From IMG/VR virus record IMGVR_UViG_3300020172_002942, positions 1-61,944 of that record: DNA of 61,944 nt; one strand, 5' to 3'. The position numbers were made by a program, and so were the translations under genes. The stretch is from a virus (taxonomy: Duplodnaviria > Caudoviricetes). The notes below the pieces were generated by a model, which did no database searches, had not been told where the DNA came from, and saw only the letters and a program-made list of their open reading frames with translations. Numbering within the stretch: position 1 is the stretch's first letter; the number at the start of each line of letters is the position of its first letter. This document shows, piece by piece, positions 16,397 to 25,844 of this stretch.

Positions 16397-18922
16397 TTGT
16401 CAGATAGTCCTTTATACATAAGCCCGAATAATGCTAGTGGTCAAGCTCTGAAAGATTTTCAGCTTACCACTGACGTTAAGTCCAAGTCAGATATGACATA
16501 TGGAAAGAAAGTCGCACAAAATATTTATTCTACCATTTATGGTAATCAGTCTTATTTCTGGATTAGGAATAACAGATTTAGAAAAAACAGACAGATTGCT
16601 AATGGTAAGATGGACATGAGTGTTTTTCTTGATAGACTAGAAATGAATGGAAAGGCAAATTATGTAAATATTAATTGGAAATCAATTATTATTGGTAATA
16701 CCATTGTAGCAAGATTAGTTGGCTCTTGGATGAATAGAAGAGAAAAAATTGCAGTAACTGCAGTTGATCCAACTTCAGCTAAAGAAAAACAAGATGCAAT
16801 AGATGAGGCTTCTTATGTTTATCAAAACAAAGAAGTTCTTGCACAATTACAACAAGAATCAGGAGTTACACTTATTCCTAAAAATCAATTTCTTGCAGAA
16901 GATCAAGACGATTTAGATTTGTGGGTTACTGAATTTAATCATTTGCCTGAAGAAATAAAATACGGCATTGGTATTAATAATGTACTTGAAGCTAATGGTT
17001 GGAATGATGTTTTAAAAGAAAGAATATTACATGATTCAGCAGAAGTTGGATTAGTGGCTACTTATACTTGGATGGATGAAGAAGGCGAAATACATGTAGA
17101 TTGGATTAGACCTGAAAATGCAATTTATTCATATTCAGATTTTCCAGATTTTAGAGATACTACATATCGTGGTCATATTTTATCAATGAAGATAAGTGAC
17201 GTAAGAGCTAAATATGGCAAAGAAAATGGTGGCACATTAAGCGAAGAGGAAATATTTAAACTTGCCTCTTTTGCAAAAGAATATCAATTAACAGATAAGA
17301 TAAAGTGGATGCAAGATTGGAACGTAGCTTATTTACGTCCATATGATGAGTGGAATATAGATTTAATGAATTTTGAAATTAAAACTTTAGATTCTACTGG
17401 ATATACTGTTACAAAAACAAAAAAGAATGGCAGTACTATTATTAAAAAAGGTAAGCCAGAAAGATTAGATGAAAATCAAGAATATGTTGAGGAGAAAAAA
17501 TGGAATATATACGAAGGTGTATATTGCCCAATTACTCAACAAATTTTAAAGTGGAATATTAAAAAGAACATGATACGTCCGCAAGATCCAAAACAAGTGG
17601 GTGATGCGGAATTTTCTTATAGTTTTTATATGTATCAGACATATGACATGAGAAACGTAGCTGTTCCTGAAAAAATTGAAGAACCTCTTGAACAAATGAT
17701 TTTGTCAAGATTAAAAATACAGCAATTAGTTGCTAAAATGGTACCTGCAGGAGCTGCTATTGACGTAGATGCTATGCAGGAATTAGATTTAGGTTTAGGT
17801 GATTCTGTAAAGCCATTAGATGTTCAAAAAATTTGGGAACAAACTGGTAAGCTTTATTATCGTGGTAGAGATGCTGAAGGCAATAGAATACCTGTTCCAA
17901 TTACTGAATTAGCTAATAGTGGATTTGCGCCTCAATTAAACGCATTAGTTCAATTATACCAATTTCATTATCAAATATTGAAAGATGAATTAGGTGATGA
18001 TCCTAATTTAGCTATGCAAGCAGCACAACCTAGAGTAACATCTCAAAATGTGGCAGCTTCTCAAACATTATCAAATAATGCTACTGATTATATGTATGAT
18101 GCATATATTCAAGTAATGGAAGAAACTGGTAAAAAAGTTGCTGCTTTATTAAACAAAAGTGTTGCTTTTGGAGCTAAAAAATATAGAGAAATATTAAAAC
18201 AAGAAGAAGTAAAAGATAGAAATTTTGTCGCTAGAGTAAAAATGCTACCAACTGATATAGATTTAGCTAAACTTGAAGCAATGATGAATAATGCTATTAC
18301 TGCTAATCCTACTATGGTTCTTTATTTAGATCCATTTAAAATTATGAGAATAGCAAGAGAAAATGCTGAATTGGGTGAATTGTATTTTAGACAAGCTCAG
18401 AAAAGAATGATTCAAAGTGAACAAGAACAAGCTCAAACTAATAGTCAACAAAACGCACAAATTCAACAAGCAAGCCAGCAAGCTAAAGCTCAAGGTGATG
18501 AGGCTTTATTAGACAAACAAACTCAAGCAAAACAAAGAGAGATTATAATTCAAGGCATGTTTGATTTAGCAAAGGCTAGTTTACCTATACCTGCTCAATT
18601 ACAACCTTTAATTCAAGAAATGTTGCAAAATATTGAAATGCCATTATCTATTGATAACTATCAATTAAATCAGCAAGTTCAACAAATGCAACAAGCTGAA
18701 ATGGAACAGCAACAACAGGCTATGCAGCAACAGCAGCAACAAGGGCAGCAACAGGGTCAAGAACAAGGTGAAGGACAAGAAGGACAAGAACAAGAAATGT
18801 CACCAGAAGATCAGCAAATGATGGCACAACAAATGCAACAACAGGGTCAGGGCCAAGAACAAGAAATGTCACCAGAAGATCAACAAATGATGGCACAACA
18901 AATGCAAATGCAACAACAATAA
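16397..18922 (+). CDS. Portal protein with Gln-rich C-terminal tail (TTG start)
   Basis: Follows TerL; 841 aa; P..V...W.QTG..YYR motif of crAss-like portals. Confidence 0.88.
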   Translation: MSDSPLYISPNNASGQALKDFQLTTDVKSKSDMTYGKKVAQNIYSTIYGNQSYFWIRNNRFRKNRQIANGKMDMSVFLDRLEMNGKANYVNINWKSIIIGNTIVARLVGSWMNRREKIAVTAVDPTSAKEKQDAIDEASYVYQNKEVLAQLQQESGVTLIPKNQFLAEDQDDLDLWVTEFNHLPEEIKYGIGINNVLEANGWNDVLKERILHDSAEVGLVATYTWMDEEGEIHVDWIRPENAIYSYSDFPDFRDTTYRGHILSMKISDVRAKYGKENGGTLSEEEIFKLASFAKEYQLTDKIKWMQDWNVAYLRPYDEWNIDLMNFEIKTLDSTGYTVTKTKKNGSTIIKKGKPERLDENQEYVEEKKWNIYEGVYCPITQQILKWNIKKNMIRPQDPKQVGDAEFSYSFYMYQTYDMRNVAVPEKIEEPLEQMILSRLKIQQLVAKMVPAGAAIDVDAMQELDLGLGDSVKPLDVQKIWEQTGKLYYRGRDAEGNRIPVPITELANSGFAPQLNALVQLYQFHYQILKDELGDDPNLAMQAAQPRVTSQNVAASQTLSNNATDYMYDAYIQVMEETGKKVAALLNKSVAFGAKKYREILKQEEVKDRNFVARVKMLPTDIDLAKLEAMMNNAITANPTMVLYLDPFKIMRIARENAELGELYFRQAQKRMIQSEQEQAQTNSQQNAQIQQASQQAKAQGDEALLDKQTQAKQREIIIQGMFDLAKASLPIPAQLQPLIQEMLQNIEMPLSIDNYQLNQQVQQMQQAEMEQQQQAMQQQQQQGQQQGQEQGEGQEGQEQEMSPEDQQMMAQQMQQQGQGQEQEMSPEDQQMMAQQMQMQQQ
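18785..18907 (+). repeat. 54-bp near-perfect duplication (QEQEMSPEDQQMMAQQMQ x2) in the portal tail
   Basis: 18785-18838 versus 18854-18907, one mismatch. Confidence 0.9.
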
Positions 18923-18945
18923 ATAAAAATATAAAATAAATAAAA

Positions 18946-19326
18946 ATGGCAACGGTAAGTAAACTTTTAATAAGACTACAAAAATTTAGCTCAAAAATTA
19001 GTACAGTTGTAGATGCAACTGAATCTTTTAATACTAATAACAATTTCTATCAAGATTTATCTGGATGGGATTCCGCAGTAGTTCAATTTGTAGGGACATC
19101 TGGAACAGTTAGTTTTAGCACTACGAATGATGATGGTTCTATAACAGGGCAATTATTGCCTGCACCAGAAGTGCCTATTAATGGGGTAACAGTATTAGGG
19201 GTAAATTTATCCACTAAAACTGATGTTTCATCTATTGCAGCTGCTGGAATTGTGGAATTTGGCATTATTGGTAAATATTTACTATTACAAGGTTCTACAA
19301 CAACAACAACAACAGCAGCACCTTAA
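18946..19326 (+). CDS. Putative virion protein with C-terminal poly-Thr tail
   Basis: Beta-rich; ends STTTTTTAAP. Confidence 0.65.
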   Translation: MATVSKLLIRLQKFSSKISTVVDATESFNTNNNFYQDLSGWDSAVVQFVGTSGTVSFSTTNDDGSITGQLLPAPEVPINGVTVLGVNLSTKTDVSSIAAAGIVEFGIIGKYLLLQGSTTTTTTAAP

Positions 19327-19345
19327 TAAAAAAAAATAAAAAAAA

Positions 19346-19714
19346 ATGGCAAATTCAATAGCATATGTATTGTCTAAAAATACATACCCTGATGCCTTTC
19401 AGGCAAATCTTATAGGAGTTGATCAAGGCACTCAAATTGTCTATGCAACAACAAGTACATTAACATCCGCAAATGTATTATTTGCCGATAGTAGATTAAC
19501 ACAACCAATTTTTGGAGATGGCACAAGTTGGTATGGTGTACAATTATTAACAGATGATTCTGTTTTATATCCTATTACCATAAATGGTATTGGAACTATA
19601 GTAATTGGTTCTGGAACTACTACTACTACAACGACTACAACAACTACTACAGCTGCACCAACAACTACTACAACGACTGCTGCACCAACAACAACAACTA
19701 CTACAGCAGCTTAA
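19346..19714 (+). CDS. Putative virion protein with a mucin-like (T)nAAP tail
   Basis: Ends T13-AAP-T7-AAP-T7-AA. Confidence 0.65.
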   Translation: MANSIAYVLSKNTYPDAFQANLIGVDQGTQIVYATTSTLTSANVLFADSRLTQPIFGDGTSWYGVQLLTDDSVLYPITINGIGTIVIGSGTTTTTTTTTTTTAAPTTTTTTAAPTTTTTTAA

Positions 19715-19741
19715 ACAAAATAGAAACCAAATCAGCATTTT

Positions 19742-20929
19742 ATGCCAGAGAATAACGGAGCAGCTCCATTAGAGCTAGCGGAAGGCTTCAATCCATTTTC
19801 GGATGATGCACAACAAGTGCAAACACAACAAAGAGTAGAAGAGGCCCCTACTCAACAAGTACAAGAGCCAACACAAAGTGCTCCTGTAGAAACACAAAAT
19901 ACTTCTTCACAAGAAGCGTCCCCTGAAAAAGCTCAAGTTCAGGAAACAGGACAATCTACATTTGACTCTAACCAATTTTTAAAAGAAAAATTTGGTTTTG
20001 ATAATATAGAGCAAGCAGAGCAAGAGTTTAAAAAAATAAAAGAATCAAAAGATTCTGAATTTAATTTTGAAAATGAAACAAGTAGAAACTTGTTCAATGC
20101 AATTAAAGAAGGAAAACTTGATGAAATTTATGATGTTTTAAGCCAACAAAAGAGGTTAGAAAAGTTGACAAATTCGGAAATAAATGGTAACTTAGCTGTA
20201 GATATCATCCGAACTAATCTACAAAATAAATATAAGGATTTAACTTCGGATGAAGTAGATCTTTTATTTTATCAGAATTACAATTTCCCTCAAAGACCTG
20301 AAAAGTCATTTGAAGACACAGATGAAGACTATGAACAAAAGCTAAATGGTTGGCAAAATGAAATAGACTTTATAGAAAGAAGAATGATTATTGATGCGAA
20401 AGTTATCAAACCAGAATTAGAGAAATTAAAAAGTGAGATAAGATTACCAGACGTTTATGGCCTTGAACAGCAAGAAGCTCAAAGTAGAGAAGCATTCGAA
20501 ATGGCTACACAAGCTAGACAAGTTTATGAACGAACTCTTGAATCTGATTTTAAAAACTTCAATGGTTTTGAAGTAACAGTGAAAGACGAGGATGTCGAAG
20601 TACCTGTTAATTACAACATTTCTGAAGAAGAAAAATTAGATTTAAAAAATAGGCTTTCAGATTTTGATTCAGATGCTTATTATGAAAATCGTTGGTTTAA
20701 CAAAGATGGAACTCCAAATGTAAAACAAGCTATGCAAGACATATACTTGTTGGAAAATTTTGATAAAATCTCTAAAAAACTAGTGAATGAGGCAGCATCT
20801 CAAGTAAAGTTAGCTTATATCAAGAATTCAGGTAATGTTACTTTAAACCCAAAAACGCCTCAAGGAACACCACAGCCTAATCCAAATGCGCAAATGGAGG
20901 ACTTGGCAATGTGGGCGTTTAGATCTTGA
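19742..20929 (+). CDS. Putative scaffolding protein
   Basis: Acidic coiled coil with disordered N-terminus, directly upstream of the major capsid gene. Confidence 0.65.
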   Translation: MPENNGAAPLELAEGFNPFSDDAQQVQTQQRVEEAPTQQVQEPTQSAPVETQNTSSQEASPEKAQVQETGQSTFDSNQFLKEKFGFDNIEQAEQEFKKIKESKDSEFNFENETSRNLFNAIKEGKLDEIYDVLSQQKRLEKLTNSEINGNLAVDIIRTNLQNKYKDLTSDEVDLLFYQNYNFPQRPEKSFEDTDEDYEQKLNGWQNEIDFIERRMIIDAKVIKPELEKLKSEIRLPDVYGLEQQEAQSREAFEMATQARQVYERTLESDFKNFNGFEVTVKDEDVEVPVNYNISEEEKLDLKNRLSDFDSDAYYENRWFNKDGTPNVKQAMQDIYLLENFDKISKKLVNEAASQVKLAYIKNSGNVTLNPKTPQGTPQPNPNAQMEDLAMWAFRS

Positions 20930-20972
20930 TTATTTGCTCTTGGCAAGAGCATTATTTTAAAAATTAAACAAA

Positions 20973-22382
20973 ATGGCTGGAATACCAACCTCAAATATCC
21001 TGCAACCAGGTGCAATATCGTTGCAGTCCCAGAATCGCCAGTTGATGGTAGATTTACAATTATTAACTCCTCAGTACTATAAGTACTACACTGAAAAGTA
21101 CGGTAACGAAGACTTTACTTGGTGGTTATCTGCTCATAGCGGAATGGAAGAAGTAAAAAACCAAAATTTCTTCTGGTTTGAAAACAGAGGTAAATTAATG
21201 CCAGGTGTAACTAATGCTAGTACTGTTACTGGTGCTGCAGGTGCAACTGTTACTTTAACTTTAGGCTCTGAAGCTTACTACAATAGTGGTACTCAATCTC
21301 CATTGAGAGTTAATGAAACTTTACGTGTTGCTTCTAGCAACGTAGAGGGTGTGATTTTGTCAATTGACACAACTACTCCTTATGCTTTCACTTTCACAGT
21401 TCGTCCAAAAATCTCTACTCAAAGATTTGCTTCTGCTGGTTCTAACTCATTGTTAGCTGGTGAGGTATTATTATTTGGTGGTGATGTAGATGCTGGTGAA
21501 GCTTCTCAACAAATCAATCCATTAATCCATTTAGACCAAAAGTATAACAACAATATCACTGAAATTCGTGATGGTTGGAGCAATACTGACTTGGCTCAAA
21601 TGGCTGATACTTACTACGAATATCCTGTTTCTGCTGATATGGCTGCAAACGGTGTAACTGCGTTTACTTATAAGGGTATGTACAAGACTCTTGTTCGTTT
21701 CAAAAACAACGTAGAAGCAAAATTAATGCGTGGTAATATCCAAAATAATAGCGGTTTATCTAACTCTCCTGGTGCTCAAGGTATCATTCCTAAAGTAGTA
21801 GCTGATGGTGAAACAGTTGGTTACACTCCAGGTACTTTAGACATCGCTAAATTACACGAAATCACTCGTATCATGGACGTTAACGGTTGTGCAAAGCAAT
21901 CTGCATGGTTAACTGACATCTTCCAAAGACAAGACTTCAGTGATGGTATCTTCGCTGCATACCCTGCTGGTGCTTTTGTTTACGGACAAGGCGAAAAATC
22001 AAAAGAAGCTTCTGTAGCTTATGGTTTCCAAGAAATCTTCATTGATGGTTATTTATTATCTGTTAAGAAATATCCTCAATTTAACTCTGAAGTTACCACT
22101 GGTTTAACTCCAAATGTTGATTACTTCCGTAATTTCGGTTTAATCTATCCAATGGGTGAAACTAAAGATGCTAAAACAGCTCAAGTTTACAAGAATATCA
22201 CAGTTATGTACCAAGAGCCACCTAAAGGCGGAACTGTTGGTAATGGTATTCGTGTATGGCAATATGGTGGTGGATCTCCAAACCCAACTGACGGTACAAT
22301 GACTAATCAAATCGCAATGATTACTTACCGTTCAACTCGTGTTTGTGCAGCAAACCAATTCATCATTGTTCAAGGTCAATAA
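20973..22382 (+). CDS. Major capsid protein (crAss-like type)
   Basis: 469 aa; PQYY....EKYGN, F.W.E.RG motifs; strong codon bias; terminator follows. Confidence 0.88.
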   Translation: MAGIPTSNILQPGAISLQSQNRQLMVDLQLLTPQYYKYYTEKYGNEDFTWWLSAHSGMEEVKNQNFFWFENRGKLMPGVTNASTVTGAAGATVTLTLGSEAYYNSGTQSPLRVNETLRVASSNVEGVILSIDTTTPYAFTFTVRPKISTQRFASAGSNSLLAGEVLLFGGDVDAGEASQQINPLIHLDQKYNNNITEIRDGWSNTDLAQMADTYYEYPVSADMAANGVTAFTYKGMYKTLVRFKNNVEAKLMRGNIQNNSGLSNSPGAQGIIPKVVADGETVGYTPGTLDIAKLHEITRIMDVNGCAKQSAWLTDIFQRQDFSDGIFAAYPAGAFVYGQGEKSKEASVAYGFQEIFIDGYLLSVKKYPQFNSEVTTGLTPNVDYFRNFGLIYPMGETKDAKTAQVYKNITVMYQEPPKGGTVGNGIRVWQYGGGSPNPTDGTMTNQIAMITYRSTRVCAANQFIIVQGQ

Positions 22383-22401
22383 TTAGACCAAAAATAATAT
22401 C

Positions 22402-22438
22402 GGTGGCGGCAACTTTATTGTTGTCGCTGCCTTATTTT
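22402..22438 (+). terminator. Intrinsic terminator after the major capsid gene
   Basis: GGTGGCGGCAAC-TTTATT-GTTGTCGCTGCC plus TTATTTT. Confidence 0.75.
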
Positions 22439-22458
22439 AAACATTTTAAAACCATTTT

Positions 22459-23343
22459 ATGGCACGTTTAAAGGATGTAAATTTCTCCATGTCTGGAGAA
22501 GATGTTTCAAGAGAAACAAGAAAAGTAGAAGAGTCTGTAGATGCAGGTAACAGAATGGTAGATCAAGCTGCTACTGAATCATTTAGAATTTTTAAGCTTT
22601 CAGATACTACAAAAAAGGGTAAATACCACATGGAATGTACCGATGATGTATGGGATGAAAACGAGAAAAAAATGATTAGAATTCGCCTTTTACGAGGTGT
22701 AGATACTATTTATCAAAGAGATCAAAAAGGTTTAGAGCCTGCTTATGTTTCTTCTAATAGAAGAACTCTTATTTTTGATAATCGTGTACTTAGAGTGCCT
22801 GGTTATGACACAGTTGCACTAGAATTTTTAGAAAAATGTAATGCTAATGTAGATAACCCACATAAAAGAGGAACAAGAAAATTAACCTTTTTTGAGTGGA
22901 ATCCTGTTCGTCAAGCTGAACTTGAAAGAAGCAAACGTGTGGCTAGAATTGAAGCTATTAAATATGCTTCTATGCAATCAGACGAGGACATGAAGAAACA
23001 TGCTACATATCTTGGAATTCCATTTTTTGATGAGTTAAGCATACCAAAAACTACTGAAGCTCTTAGAAATGACTACGAGTTTTATGCCGAAGCACAACCA
23101 GCTAAATTTATGCAAAGTGCTGGTAGTAAGGAAGTTGAAGTAGCTTATATTGTTAAAAATGCAATTATTTCAGGTAAAATTGATTTAGGTATAAAACCAG
23201 GATCAGCATATTGGGCTTCTGATGGTGGATTTATTTGTAAGATACCTCCAGGAACACCACCAAACTCATATTTGGTTGATTTCGCATTAATGCCTAATGA
23301 TGATAGTGTTAATTTCTTGAATCAATTAAAGAAGATGCAATAA
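22459..23343 (+). CDS. Conserved crAss-like protein following the capsid gene
   Basis: Position and SI...Q...F..G.L.V-like pattern. Confidence 0.55.
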   Translation: MARLKDVNFSMSGEDVSRETRKVEESVDAGNRMVDQAATESFRIFKLSDTTKKGKYHMECTDDVWDENEKKMIRIRLLRGVDTIYQRDQKGLEPAYVSSNRRTLIFDNRVLRVPGYDTVALEFLEKCNANVDNPHKRGTRKLTFFEWNPVRQAELERSKRVARIEAIKYASMQSDEDMKKHATYLGIPFFDELSIPKTTEALRNDYEFYAEAQPAKFMQSAGSKEVEVAYIVKNAIISGKIDLGIKPGSAYWASDGGFICKIPPGTPPNSYLVDFALMPNDDSVNFLNQLKKMQ

Positions 23344-23366
23344 ATTTGTTACTTTCCATCTAAATT

Positions 23367-23398
23367 AAGCCTGTAATCTAAAAATTACGGGCTTTTTT
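23367..23398 (+). terminator. Intrinsic terminator
   Basis: AAGCCTGTAAT-CTAAAA-ATTACGGGCTT plus T-tract. Confidence 0.8.
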
Positions 23399-23412
23399 AT
23401 TTTTTATTTTTG

Positions 23413-23420
23413 TATATTTG
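23413..23420 (+). promoter_or_regulatory. -7 promoter TATATTTG for the tail operon
   Basis: Consensus match. Confidence 0.7.
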
Positions 23421-23437
23421 GGTATAATTTTTTTTAC

Positions 23438-24148
23438 ATGAACATTAATGATATGTACCAAATATGCCAATATGCGATAAACAAGGCGCAAAATGGCTAT
23501 TTGACTCCTTCACAGTTCAATTTATTAGCTAATCAAGCTCAAGTGAGCTTTATGGATTATTTATTGGGTGAATTCCAGCAATATCAACCAGGAAGACCAC
23601 AAGCAAGAGTAAATTATAGTCAAAATAGTAACACTAGACAAAGAATTTCTCCTTTTATAAAAAATGTAACATCCACACCAGATGCTGGTGGAGTTCTTTC
23701 ATATCCTGCTGATTATTTAGAAACAGATTCTATTTTAACTTCAGCTAATGAAAGAGTTAGATTTGTTCAACCAGAAAGTTTATATTCTTATTTAAAAAGC
23801 GAAATTGATCCTGTAGTAAGTAATCCTGTTTATTTGATAAATGATACTAGCTATAAATTTTATCCAAATACAACTGATAATACAGTTGCATTAACTAATT
23901 TAAAAATTACCTATATAAGTAATCCGCCTACTATGATATGGGGGTATAGCTTAGATGGTAATGGAAGACCAGTGTATAATCCAAATCCATACAATCCAAG
24001 TACTCAGCCAACTGGAAGTGTACAGCCATTGTGGTATGATGTTGATAAATTAGAAATTATTTCTAGAATATTAAAATTAGTAGGAGTAAACTTAAAAGAT
24101 AATCAAGTTGAACAATACGCTAATATGGTAACAACTCAAGGACAATAA
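23438..24148 (+). CDS. Tail ring / adaptor protein
   Basis: NK.Q.GY.TP..FN..A..AQ motif of crAss-like ring proteins. Confidence 0.7.
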   Translation: MNINDMYQICQYAINKAQNGYLTPSQFNLLANQAQVSFMDYLLGEFQQYQPGRPQARVNYSQNSNTRQRISPFIKNVTSTPDAGGVLSYPADYLETDSILTSANERVRFVQPESLYSYLKSEIDPVVSNPVYLINDTSYKFYPNTTDNTVALTNLKITYISNPPTMIWGYSLDGNGRPVYNPNPYNPSTQPTGSVQPLWYDVDKLEIISRILKLVGVNLKDNQVEQYANMVTTQGQ

Positions 24149-24149
24149 A

Positions 24150-24782
24150 ATGACAAGAAAAATATTTATAGAAAGAATATTAAGGCAGATATATAATGGT
24201 CAGCCTTCAGATGATTCTAGTATTACTTTTAATCAAGTTAATCAATGGCTAAATGATGCTATTGGTTTAGTTGTTAAAAAGAATTATACTGAAAACATTC
24301 AAATGGATGGTGTTGCGTATATAAATAACTCTTTTTATACAACATTTACAAATATAGATATAACCCCAGAATCAGTAGATAATCTTACTTATAGCCTTAT
24401 TTTACCAACAATACCTTATTCTTTAGGTAGAAATGAAGGTGTTGCCACTTTGCAGTTCGTTGGTGACAAGAAAACCTCTCAGACAGCTATTCCTTTAAGT
24501 ATGAATCAAGTTCCTTATATTGAACAAATAAGGCCCATTCAGAATAAGATTTTATATTGGGTTGAGGGCAAGAACATTTTTGTAAGAACAACTATTCCTT
24601 TATCAAATTATAAAGCTACTCTAAGAATGATAAGTGGTGGTAATTCTTCTGATTTATCATCTACTTTAATTGTGCCTGATGATTATGTTCCAATGATAGT
24701 TGAATATATTAAAGGGCAATTAGCTTTTGAGAGATCAAGAGTTATAGACCAAAGTAATGATGGAGTTGACAATGTAAATTAA
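24150..24782 (+). CDS. Tail ring / structural protein
   Basis: Position; C-terminal D..ND pattern. Confidence 0.6.
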   Translation: MTRKIFIERILRQIYNGQPSDDSSITFNQVNQWLNDAIGLVVKKNYTENIQMDGVAYINNSFYTTFTNIDITPESVDNLTYSLILPTIPYSLGRNEGVATLQFVGDKKTSQTAIPLSMNQVPYIEQIRPIQNKILYWVEGKNIFVRTTIPLSNYKATLRMISGGNSSDLSSTLIVPDDYVPMIVEYIKGQLAFERSRVIDQSNDGVDNVN

Positions 24783-24792
24783 AATATAAACT

Positions 24793-25065
24793 ATGAAACC
24801 ATTAAGAGATTTAGTATTAATTAGACCATGTGCTGCAGACTTGGTAACTGAAGGTGGGTTATTTATTCCTTCTTCAGCTCAAGAAAGAAGTTCAAAAGCG
24901 GAAGTTATTGAAGTTGGCAGAGGAACAAAAGATATAAAAATGGAAACAAAAAAGGGAGATATTGTATTTCACATAAAAGGAGCAGGGGAAGAAATTTTAA
25001 TAAATGACGAACCATATTATTTGATTCGTCAAGCAGATATATTATCTTACGTTTCAAATAACTAA
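24793..25065 (+). CDS. groES: Co-chaperonin GroES (Cpn10)
   Basis: MKPLRDLVLI...TEGGLFIP..AQE....EV.EVG.G...GD.V......G.E....E.Y.LI...DIL. Confidence 0.93.
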   Translation: MKPLRDLVLIRPCAADLVTEGGLFIPSSAQERSSKAEVIEVGRGTKDIKMETKKGDIVFHIKGAGEEILINDEPYYLIRQADILSYVSNN

Positions 25066-25067
25066 AG

Positions 25068-25841
25068 ATGGCATCACAAGAAAGGAACTATATAACATTA
25101 GACTCTGTAATCAATGAATATATTGATGCATCAGAGCAATCTGTACATAAATATGCTAAATTATACAACATAGCATATAGAGGTATGGAAGAGCTTGGAT
25201 TGGATTTTTTTTATAAAATCAGAACAGTTAAAGTGCCAATTGACACAACTAATTATACAGCTCAATTGCCTAATGATTATGTAAATTATACTAAAATAGG
25301 AGTGTTAAATTCAAGAGGAGAAATTATTCCTTTGACATTTAATAGAAAACTTACTAATTATGCTGACCAACAGCCAAATAGATTAGCATTAACACAAGAT
25401 AATACCTTAGTTGATTGGTATAACCAAAATTACCCATTATTTTATAACTATTGGGATGGATATGGTTTTACTAATGTATATGGTTATCCAAGCGGTTCTC
25501 CATTCGTAGGAGAATTTAGCATAGACGATTCAAATGGAGTAATTCTATTGAATCAAAATTTTTATTACGATTATTTAATGATTGAGTATTTGGCTAGCCC
25601 AAATCCTGATGAAAAATATATGATACCATTGCAATTTAGAGAAGCTATGATTGCATGGTTAGCGTGGCAAGATATTGCTTATTTACCAACATCAAGAAAA
25701 GGTAATTTAGGTGACAAGCGTGACAGAAAAAACAACTATTTTAATGAGAGAAGACTAGCAAATGCTAGATTTAAACCTCTTTATTTAGATGAAACATATG
25801 AATGGAATTTAGCTAATCAAAGAATGACAGTTAAGGGATAA
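25068..25841 (+). CDS. Tail tubular / ring protein
   Basis: A.RG..EL..D...LP.DYVNY.KI...IEYL...RLA..R pattern. Confidence 0.72.
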   Translation: MASQERNYITLDSVINEYIDASEQSVHKYAKLYNIAYRGMEELGLDFFYKIRTVKVPIDTTNYTAQLPNDYVNYTKIGVLNSRGEIIPLTFNRKLTNYADQQPNRLALTQDNTLVDWYNQNYPLFYNYWDGYGFTNVYGYPSGSPFVGEFSIDDSNGVILLNQNFYYDYLMIEYLASPNPDEKYMIPLQFREAMIAWLAWQDIAYLPTSRKGNLGDKRDRKNNYFNERRLANARFKPLYLDETYEWNLANQRMTVKG

Positions 25842-25844
25842 GAT

